Below are positions 53,501 to 64,000 of a stretch of 64,000 nt of DNA, piece by piece (the stretch's first letter is position 1; every line of letters begins with the position of its first letter). Source of the DNA: Eledone cirrhosa (lineage: Eukaryota). A program made the translations under genes and the position numbers. Below the pieces are notes generated by a model. The model worked only from the letters and a program-made list of their open reading frames with translations, did not search any database and was not told where the DNA came from. Location: NCBI GenBank assembly GCA_964016885.1, contig OZ024744.1:68200001-68264000 (forward strand). Reading direction: 5' to 3'.

Positions 53501-56500
53501 TCACGAATTTGTGGTCCGTGTAGCTGACTATCTTGAATTGTGGACAGCCTATGCTAGACCTATCTATTTCCCTACAAAATACTCTATCTAGATATGATCT
53601 GGATGACCCTATGCGATTTGTCCAAGTCCACATTGGCACATTCTTGAAATCCAATCGGTACCTGTCAGACAGTTCAAAACGCCTGAGCAGGTTGGTGAGG
53701 CTCTTTCACCCTCCACCCCTATCCGCTAATCCCACACAGTCCCAGCGTGCATCTAAGATCCCGTTCCAGTCGCCCACTAACACTAAAGAGCGGGACGTTC
53801 CAAGAAAGGTCTCCAGACGCCGAAAGAAATCTGGCGGCCCTGCTCCTGTCGGGGCATAGACGGCCACTAGCCTGAAAGCTTGACCGTCTTCGCTGGTCAC
53901 GTCCAGCACCACCAACTTACCCTCTGGGTCAAGGAAGATGGCCCGTATGGCGAGATCCAAACCTCTCCGAAAAAGCACAGCAACTCCACCCCCCCCGATC
54001 CAGGACGGCTAGGAGATGCGTACACATCGTAGCCGCCGAAGATCGGTGCGAAGGCCCGTGCTTCGGAGATTCTGATCTCGCTGATGGCCACTACATCTGA
54101 GGTCGTTGAGCAGGCAACCCTGCTTCCATGACGACCCCAAGCCACGCGCATTTATGCTGCCTATTCTGAGTGAGGTCATGTTTAAAATAGAGTGGAAAAG
54201 ATGGGAAAGACCACTTAGCTTACTTTTCGTAGAGGAGGGATGGTTTTTCCATCCCTTTTCACTTGATCGTCTTGTGAAGGGACCGTTGAATCGTCCCTTC
54301 GGCTGGTTGTGGGCTCTTCTATGAGTATGTCCGAATATACTCTTCGATTGAGAGTCCCTCCTAGGTCTCTGAAATCACCAACTGCGTTGGGGAATTTCGT
54401 TTTAGTGTTTGTGTATTGTTTCTGTATATTTTTAGCAGTCTTATGTTAGTTGGCGTTTTGATTGGTGCTGGTATTATGTAGTCGTGTTGTGAAATGTCTG
54501 TGTGTTCAATTATGTAATGTCATTAGTTTCTTGTTGTGTGTATTTATTGCTGTGCATTTGTTTTTCTGGGGGTGGGGTGTGGTTCTGCTATTTTCTTGTC
54601 GTTGTTGCTGGGTGTGTGTGTTTTTTTGTTGTGTTTGCGATGTTGGTGCTGTGGTGGTGGTGTTGAAGGTGTTGTTGTTGTTGGCGGTGGGGTTGTCGCC
54701 GGTGGTGATGGTGGTGCTTGTGTGCGTGGTGATGGTGTTGGTGGAGTTGCTGCTGTGAGTCTCTTTGCAGTAGCCTTTACCCTTTTTTCATTTCTTTCCT
54801 CCCTTTTCGAAGGCGACGATGCGCTGCTTCTGCGTTTGTACCTTCTTACGACCTTTTGCCATCCCTCTCCCACCTCACACTCCATGTCTGATTCTGTGAG
54901 GTCGGGGAGGGGTACCAGCTCCACTCTTTCACTTGTTGTTGTTGGTGATGTTTGCACTGGAGTCTCTGTTGCAGCTGCATTTGGTATTGCTGTTGTTGTT
55001 GTTGTTAATACTTCCACTGCTGCTGCTGTTTTTGATTTCCGTGGCGTGGGTATGGGTGCCACGGACCTATCGTTCCTGGTTTCCGCTTGTTCTGTTGCTG
55101 GTAGCCGTGGAGCCGGTTTCGGAAGGAGGGTGCTTTTCTCCTTTCTCAGGGTCTTCTCGTTGCAGAAGGCCCTGAGGTGAATCTTCGATCCACAGTGAAA
55201 GCATTTCGGGCGTTTGCCCTCAACACTTATGGGCAGTTGAGTGCCGTTATCGAAGTCTATGACATCCGTATAGCTTCGATGCACTCCTGGTTGGTTTGGA
55301 TTAACATCTCAATGGAGGTGCTGACCCAATCTTCTCTTACTTTTTTCTGTACTTGCAGTACAGTTGTTTTGTCCTCGATTCCGACGAGGACAGACGCGGC
55401 CAGCCAAGAAGGGGCCATCCTGGTGGGGGGGGGGGGGGGACGTGGGTCAGTTTGACCCTCACAATATTTTGCCCGCAGTATGAGGGCACCAACACCATTT
55501 CCTCGCTCCTTAGGGTCACTACGGATTGAGCCTTTGCCTCCTGGGGTGAGGCAAAAAGTACGTCAACGGTAGCATATTTCTTGCCTCGGGTGATGTGCGT
55601 TTTCCGCTGCCACACAGACCCCAAGGCTTTTTGTATTTGAGCCTCTGTGGATCTTTCAACCCTACGGGATTTTGTACTTACTGTACGGTCACGTACCGTG
55701 CTGTTGGGTTTCGAAAAATGTTTCCGCCCTTGCAGATTGCTCGGTGTCCAGTTTTTGTCACCATCTTCTTCGCTTCCTCTAATTCCTCATTTGTTATGAG
55801 GATTGTTTCCAGGTTCTTCGCGATACCTGAAAACGAGATTGGTTTTTCTTTGCTGCTGTTGTTGTTGTTGTTGTCGTCAGAGCTGCTGTTACTTTTGTTG
55901 TTGCTGCAGGTACTACGACTACTGCCGCCGCCGCTGTTGCTGTGGTTGTTGCTGTTGTTGCTGCTGCTGTTGTTGTTGTTGCTGTTGCTGCTAATGCTGT
56001 TGTTGTTTATGATGCTGCTGCTAATACTGTTGTTGTTTATGCTGCTGCTGCTGATGCTGTTGCGGCTGCTACTGTTGTTTTCATTGTCACTGTTGCTGTT
56101 GTTATTACGGCTGCTACTGCTATTATTCCTGACGTCAGACGAATGAAATGGGTTTTCGTATTTCCCGCACACCTGTTTCGTCGTTGTCGTCGTCGTCGTG
56201 GAGAAATCTTGCACGCTTTGCACGAGACTTTTCTTTTCTGTCGTCGCTTGCGAAAGAGAAGGGAGGGAGAGAGACACATTTAAAGAAGGGGGAGAGAGAC
56301 AATCTTCTCTCTGCTGTAGTGACGATTGAGGAAGAAAAAGACGGAATGAGTGGGAGTGACCTATGAAAATTCTTTTTCGTAGCCATGTTGTTTTTTTTTG
56401 TTTAAAATAAATATTGGGCACAAAACCCCAATAAGCAGTTATTTAACCCCGAAGGGCCAAATAACGGGCAGAAAGACCCCTCTCACGAGGAGGAGGGTGT

Positions 56501-56603
56501 TTTTGTCTACAAGTTGGTTAAAATTTTAAACAATTTACAATTGTTATAGGGTTCAAAATTTACAATACCTTACAGAGCCGAGCCTCCGTCAACCATAGCA
56601 TTC
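50576..56603 (-). mobile_element. L1-Tx1 LINE copy B, full length but frameshifted, head-to-tail with copy A
   Basis: ORF2 pieces span 50831-54180. ORF1 pieces span about 54400-56386 with an intact CFHCGSKIHLRAFC knuckle. (TAA)n on both sides. Confidence 0.92.
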
Positions 56604-56611
56604 AATAATAA

Positions 56612-56664
<53 letters not shown>

Positions 56665-57659
56665 GGGAAGAAGACGCACGAGGTGGTAGAAGGTCATGAA
56701 ATCGCTCCCGTAAGTTTTTGATTTTTAACATATTTAAATCAATTGTGAAATAACAATTCTTAGTACAAATGTTGCATAAACCACCGAATGAAGTCCCATA
56801 AAATTTCGGATCCATATTATATTGTTATATCGCTCAAATATTCCATTTTGTATTATATATTTTGTATTCAAAAAAAGAAAATGGTTATAAATGGAAGAAA
56901 ACACCCTCTGTCTACACTATATATAATAACAATTTCACCAACACCAGAACAGCAATTTCACCAACACCAATAACAGCAATTTCACTAACACCAGAAACTT
57001 GATACACCACCTATCCCATCACACTAAATATAACAGCCAGATAACGGCAATTTCACCACCATCACCATCAATCCCAGCATCATAATAATAATTACTATTA
57101 TTATTGTCTCAAATTTTAACAAAATGTTTAATTCCAATTTTACGGGAATATGTCAACACAATATATATTAAACATACGAACACAAACTCATAGATACTAC
57201 ATACCATAAAACTCAGTAACCACAACGCCACCGACGCCACCACCCCATCCATCATTGCTACCACTATCCCATCGCCGCCGCCACCACTCCTTCATTGCTA
57301 CCACCACTATTCCCCTGTTAACTTGAGAGAGAAAGGGGAAGGTGGCGGTATCACTAGACAAGGGAGAGGCTAGCAAAAGATATAAATAGATTGACTTAGT
57401 GACCTGGCCACCGGCCAAACGTCAACATCAACAACTATGGGACTGCTGGCTCACCCCTTCCTCGCCAACAATATAAAAAGCCCCGGCACCACCACCGACA
57501 TAGCCAACAACAATAACAGGCAACTACAGCAAAAAGTATATTATATTATTGTAATGCACTGGGTGATTGCTGGCCTTGTGCCTGGAGTGGAGACAATTAT
57601 TAATAATTTCATTCTTAAGCCACGCAATGCTCACATTAGGGAACCACTCGTGATAATAA

Positions 57660-60600
57660 CAATTTAAAAAAACAACAAAAAGAAAACCCCGTGACCAAGA
57701 AATACCGGGATGGCGGCCGGCGGGAAATAGCCGTGTCTCTAGGGGAGAACGACCCCTCTAGTCTTGGTTGACACTCGTTGTAGAAGTGGTAACACGAAAT
57801 GATTACCCCTTGGCGGATAAGGATAAAACGCGACAAAATAAAGTAAATGTCTAATGATAAAATCTCATACCGGATCGGCCGTCACCCGGGTAAAAAAGGG
57901 CCGCGTCCCTCAGAGAGGAACCAGACTGGGGTCGAAAAATCAGCTAATGGTTCAAACCTTCCCATCACTTCGGAGCTGGAGACCTCCCATAACCGGAATA
58001 CTCCTACTGTTGGCCCTCCATGCTCACCACCAAGAAATCCAAAGAAAAAGAGAGAAAAATGGTCAAGGGAAGATAATAAAGAAGTCCTTGAGGCTTTCTA
58101 CACTGCCATGTACTACCCATCAAATACATCGAATACAGAACAGACATATATCAACTGGAAAAAGAAACATCCCGAAAACAGAAGCTATATTGACAGTATC
58201 AAACTAGCCAATATACGAAGAAATATTGTAAGAAAAAAGTTACTAACTGATATAGAAATTGATCAGATCAAGCTATTAGCACAAAGTCAGCGAAGGGAAA
58301 ATGAAACATCTGTCAGTGAAAACGAGGTAAACTGTAACACTTCGAATCCCAGGGTTGGGGCGGAATCACTGGCAACAGAACAAATTAAAGAAAGGATCGA
58401 AAAAGTGGAGGGAGTGCATGCTCAGGATGAAACTCCAAATGAAAATAATGAGATCGTAAATGATAAAGAAATGAATGAGAATGAACTTGCCAACTTGAAG
58501 TATGAAATTCTGATCGAATGGATGAAAATGAAAGAATCTGACATGGGGAAACGAGACACCCTCCCTAAGATCCAGAACTCCAAACAGAACCAAAAGATAA
58601 TACACAAGACTAACATAATTCTCAAAAACATTATCATCACAAACAAACTTAACATTACTGATTTAAATCATCTCTATTATGCATCGGCTAAAGTCACCAC
58701 TCACTTATGTGGAGTGAAGATGAAAAAACAAAGGAATTCCCACAAGAAATCTACTTGGCAAGAGAACATCAATTGCCAAATAAACCTTCTCCGATCTGAC
58801 ATAGAAATTTTAACAAACTATAAAGTAGGTGAACATGTTAAACAAACTAAACTTAGAAAATTGAAAAAAAAGTACAGTATAAAATCAACATGTGACATAG
58901 ACATGCTGATAGAAATAATCAAGCAAAAAGTGTCGGCCAAAGCTGCTCGTATAAGGCGCTTTGAAAAACGATCTAGATTCTATAAGGACAATAATATGTT
59001 CAAAAACAACCAAAGAAACTTCTACAGAAAAATTGGTAAGTCAACAATAACTGCTAAATCAATACCACCCAAAGGAGGAAGTGCAAGAATTCTGGGAAAA
59101 GATCTGGGCCGAAGAAAAAGTTCATAACATACATGCCCCATGGATAGACAGACAAATGAAAGATACAGCTCACCTTGAGGAACAAATATGGGAAAACATA
59201 ACAGTTGAACAGTTGCGCTTGGCTCTAAGAAAAACCAGCAAATGGAAATCCCCAGGAAAAGACAAAATACAAAACTTTTGGATAAATGCCTTCACAGAGT
59301 CTCATGAGCTGTTAGCCCAACTTTACAATGAAATAGTTAAGGAGCCAGAAAAATACCATCATGGCTAGTTAACGGCATTACATTCCTGCTTCCGAAGAAT
59401 GATGAGACAAACAATCCCCAAAATTACAGACCGATAACTTGCTTGACCACAATGTATAAAATTTTAACATCAGTCCTAACTGAATACACATATGACCACC
59501 TGATAACAAATGACCTATTTCCCATTGAGCAGAAAGAGTGTAAACGAGGCTCATATGGCTGTAAGGATCAGCTTCTGGTTAACAAAATGATACTGGAAGA
59601 TTGTCATAATAGACACAAAAATCTATCGATTGCTTGGATAGATTATAAAAAAGCATTCGATAGTTTGCCACATAGTTGGATTGAAAAATGTTTAGAGATT
59701 TTCAAAATATCCCCCGTTGTCAGGAGGTTTTTGTCATTCAGTATGAAGACATGGAAAACGACACTCCTTTTGAATAGTGAAACAAAATCACTGGAAGCTG
59801 GAGAAGTTAATATTAATTGTGGAATTTTTCAGGGTGACTCTTTATCACCGCTTTTATTCTGCATCGCACTTATACCATTAAGTAAAATGCTCAATGAAAC
59901 AAAACATGGATATAAAGTCTATGACAAAACCATTAATCACCTGTTCTACATGGATGACCTGAAACTATTTGCAAAAAATGATGAACAATTGCAAGGGCTA
60001 TTATCCACTGTGGAGCAGTTCAGTGATGACATTAAAATGGAGTTTGGACTAGATAAATGCGCCAAAGCAACGTTCACCAGAGGAAAGCTGCTGAGGAGTT
60101 CAGACATTAATCTTGATCGGGGGAACGTGATAAGAGAACTTGATCAAGAAAAAACTTACAAATATCTAGGTGTTTGTGAAGGAGACGGAATCAAGCACTC
60201 GACAATGAGGGAAAGGATAAGGAAGGAATGTTACCGCAGAGTAAGAGCAATCTTAAGAATGGAATTGAATGCAAGGAATAGGATCGATGCCATAAACACG
60301 CTTGCCATACCAGTAGTAACCTACAGTTACAATGTCATCAACTGGTCAAGCACAGAGATCTGTAGGCTCGATACAAAAATTCAAAAATTCTTAACCATGC
60401 ACAGAATGCATCACCCTAAGGCAGATATAGATAGAATATATCTCCCTAGGAAAGAAGGAGGACGTGGATTAATCCAGTTACACATTGCGTTGAAAACTGC
60501 AACAATTGGATTATCTACATTATCTAAGGGAATCACATGTTTGGATGATCAAACTCGTTTTGAAACACGAAAGCATCAAAAGATCATATTCCATTACAAA

Positions 60601-61639
60601 AGATGCACAAAGATACAGTAATGGACTACAAATTTCAGAAGTCCCATTTACTGCTGAAATGGAAAACACAGAAAAAGCAAAGCAGGTAAAAGTAACTGCA
60701 AAGAAAGAACTGCTACAGAAACTGGTTAAGAAATGGCAAGAAAAGCCTCTGTATGGAAAATACCCAGAGCGAGCTAACAATCCTGATGTTGACAAAACTT
60801 TAACCCATCAGTGGTTGGCATCCTCTGGACTGAAATCGGAGACTGAAGGACTGATTATATCAGCACAAGATCAGTGTCTGCCAACAAAAAATTACCAAGC
60901 CAACATAATAAAAAATGGATGCAGCCCATTATGCCGTGTATGCAAAAAACAACCAGAGACCATTGACCATATAATTTCAATGTGCAGTCTTATAGCTCCA
61001 ACCGAATACCTAAACAGGCATGACAGAGCTGCACAATACATACATTGGATAACGTGTAAGCATTTTGACCTGCCCCATCAAAAGAATTGGTGGGAGCATC
61101 AACCACCTCCCATACTTGAAAAAGATCACATCTCAATCTTGTGGAACTTTAGCATCCAAACACCGAAAAATAGATGCAAATAGACCTGATATAATATTGA
61201 AGGACTTTAAAAAGAGGGTATGCCTGCTAATTGATATGTCTGTTCCAATAGACAAGAATGTATCTATAAAAACATTTGAAAAATTGAGCAAGTATAAGGA
61301 CCTGGAGATAGAAATTGGAAAAATGTGGAAATTGAGAACTAAAACAATACCAGTGGTTGTAGGCGCTCTGGGAATGATGCCTAAGGGGTCTAATGATTAC
61401 TTATCGCAAATCCCAGGAAACCCGCGTATAGGAGAAATACAAAAGATAGTACAAATGGGAACTGCCCATATACTAAGGAAGATTCTGTCAATATAAGTAC
61501 ATCACAAGTCTAAACACTAAAGATGCATGTGTGAGTATGTATGTTCTTTCTTGAACATGGCGGACCTTGTTGTCTCTTGAGGTCACTGGTTGTGACTTGG
61601 TGATAACTCGTATGAACATAAAGCAAGATAAATGCAACT

Positions 61640-61640
<1 letters not shown>
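57660..61640 (+). mobile_element. Near full-length R4/Dong-clade LINE; single ORF 57847-61496 with several frameshifts; (TAA)n tail
   Basis: Motifs WKSPGKD, YRPITCL, WIDYKKAFDSLPH, GIFQGDSLSP, YMDDLKLF, GGRGL, CRVC..ETIDHIISMC, RHD, RPDIIL..LIDMSVP..K..KY. Confidence 0.95.
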
Positions 61641-61683
<43 letters not shown>

Positions 61684-61685
<2 letters not shown>

Positions 61686-62867
61686 TTTCTTTATTAACCA
61701 CAAGGGTTTACATAAAGTAGACATTAAGGACAGTGCAGGACAATACAGGACGGTACAAATGGGCATTTCTGCGTGTAAAAAAACAAAAACAGAGGATGTA
61801 ACAAAAAATAACAATGAAAAATTCCCCAATAGGGGTGAGACTTCGGAGGGACATTTGTGGAGAAAGCCCAGTAAAAGGCCACAATGACCCTGACCACCAA
61901 GGCAAGTGCCCTCTCCCAGTTGTCCACCTTTAATTTACAGACACATAGTCAGAGTAGGCCCATTCACTCGGGCCATTCTTGCCTCTCTCACCCATCTTTC
62001 AACAAAATGCTGGGAAGAGCACCTCCCTCTCTACCCTGAATTTCCTTTTCAAATGAAATTTGAAAAAGTTAATCAGGGCATCACCGAAGAGGTAAGTGCT
62101 CGTCTTCAGCCCTTTCAAACGTGTCCACCATACTATCTCTTTCGCCATGGCCACCAGACAGATAAAAACTGCCTGCCCCTTCCCGGCTAAAGGAAGAGGG
62201 CGGGGCAATCCTCACGATGGACTCAGCTGATAGTTGGATCCGTCCTACACGCGACAGGAGGTGTTCGACATAAACCCACACGTCAGCAATGCTCGGACAC
62301 TGGACGAGTGCGTGCAGGACGGTTTCGTCGCCCTGCGCGCATCTCGGACATGCCCGGCTGACGGCACCTCCATGCCTGTAGAGTTTATCCCGAACTGGCA
62401 AGGCTCCTCGGTAGCACTGCCAGGCCAGAGATTTCTGGAAGTTGTCCATAGGCCCTGGCCCGAAAGTACTTCCGAAGAGATTGGCTAGTTGATTTTCGTC
62501 GACGCCTAGAGTTTCCCCAAGTACGCTCTTCCCCTCCACTAATCCTCTATAGAATGCCAAGGTGGGGTTTCCACCGATCACATTGCCCGATTGGTCGAGG
62601 GCTGTGAGCGCCTGAAGACATTCCAGTCTCCAAGCGCTCCCTCTCGGTCTTCGCTTGACCCAGGACTGCAGCTCCGTCAAGGAGACGAGCTGGGGAAAGA
62701 TGTGTCTAGCAAACGGCGACCACACCTGATCACCGTCGAAGAAGAGGTGGAGATGTCGTAGCCTGAGCGCGTGTCTTCGTATCATCAGCCACGGCATGCC
62801 CAGCCCTCCACGTAGCGGGTGTTGACAGCAGATGGACCGCCTGACCATCGGAGCGCGTCCCTTCCAC
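61684..62867 (-). mobile_element. 5'-truncated Tx1 copy C (B-type) inserted in the Dong (TAA)n tail
   Basis: Shares diagnostic bases and indels with copy B; (TAA)n on both sides. Confidence 0.92.
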
Positions 62868-63139
62868 AATAATAATAATAATAATAATAATGATATATAT
62901 ATATTTGTTTTTAAATATTATAATCAATATGCTGTATTAACTGGCCTACCAATGCACACTGTGAATTTATTTGCCCTAGGTGTCAGGAAGACACTCTGCA
63001 TATATCTCAGAAACAATAATTGTTTCTACTTTAGGCACAAGGCCAGCAATTACCCAGTGCATTACTGGTACTTTAAGAAAATAACAATAATAATGATAAT
63101 AATAAACATGTTCCACAAGAGATAATAAACATGTTCCAC

Positions 63140-64000
63140 AAGAGATCTGAAGGTGGAAGAGATCTTATCAGCACAGAGGACTGTGTTCAGATGGAGAAAA
63201 ACAACCTGCACAAATATGTGACTGACAGTAGGGAGCCAATGCTCAAAATTGTACTGAAGAAGAAGACAATAGACCAGGGTATGTCCAAGGAGGAAATAAC
63301 AACAAGGAGGAAGAACAACTTCATGAAAAATCCCTTCATAGTACCTTCTTTAAAAAAACTGAATTTAGAGATTCACATACATGGAACTGGTTAAAAAGAG
63401 GAGACCTTTAAAAAGCTAGAGAAGGAATGCTAATGGCTGCGCAAGAGCAAACTCTCAGAACGGAATGGGTTAAACACCATATTGACAAGGAGGAGGCTAG
63501 CTCACTGTGTAGGATCTGTGAAGAGAGAGAGGAGACTGTGGCTCACATTGTATCCGAGTGTAAATACCTAGCCCAACTCACTATAAAGGTGGTGACATGA
63601 TGTGATAGGCAGGTTGATCCACTGGCATCTATGCAAAGTAAACAATTTATCACATTCTGAAAAGTGTTATGAGCATAAGGCAGAGTCGGTGAAGGTGCTA
63701 TGGGATTTTAGGATACAGACGGACAAGAAATTAGAACACAATAGGTCTGACCTGGTGGTTTGGGACAAGGAAAAAAGATCGTGCCTGATTGTAGATGTAG
63801 CCTGCCCATTTGACACGAGAGTGCAAGAAAAGGAGAGGGGGAAAATTAACCGATACCAGGACTTAAAGTGGGAATTAAATAGGATTTGGAACTGCCATGA
63901 AATCAAGGTTGTCCTGATTGTCATAGGAGCACTAGGTACTATCTCAAACAGTTTCCAAGGATGGTTAAAGAAGATTAGTCCAGACCCACTTTTTGGAACA
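63140..64000 (+). pseudogene. Decayed fragment of another R4/Dong family, running off the window
   Basis: Motifs EGGRDLIS, AAQEQTL, CRICEEREETVAHIVSEC, HNRSDLVVWD, IVDVACPFD. Confidence 0.85.

Noticed and set aside
46287-53859. Plus-strand ORFs antisense to Tx1 ORF2
   Set aside because: Shadow ORFs of GC-rich coding sequence, repeated only because the element is repeated.
57660-57846. HDV-like ribozyme in the Dong 5'UTR
   Set aside because: Expected by analogy with R2/R4 elements, but I could not build the nested double pseudoknot by eye; it needs a descriptor search.

Overview
Eukaryotic, AT-rich, microsatellite-dense genomic DNA with no recognisable host protein-coding exon. The tRNA-derived SINE consensus and microsatellite spectrum resemble Octopus (recalled, not verified). 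Most identifiable sequence is transposable element: two Neptune-like and one Naiad-like Penelope-like elements (PLEs), several R4/Dong-clade RLE LINEs (one near full length), four L1-Tx1 LINE copies, RTE and RTE-X fragments, RTE-derived non-autonomous elements, tRNA SINEs and a decayed Helitron RepHel. Structure the ORF track misses: (1) at least seven type I hammerhead ribozyme (HHR) motifs, several in non-coding tandem or fold-back units of retrozyme or pseudo-LTR type, one pair with clear covariation; (2) a Neptune PLE whose upstream coiled-coil ORF joins RT/GIY-YIG through a U-UUU-UUA slippery site plus hairpin, a candidate -1 frameshift; (3) a tRNA-Asp fused to an RTE 3' tail; (4) consistent microsatellite- and strand-specific placement of each retroelement family; (5) tandem Tx1 copies with near-identical ORF2 but different ORF1 and 5'UTR. 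Element boundaries are read by eye and approximate unless a motif is quoted.
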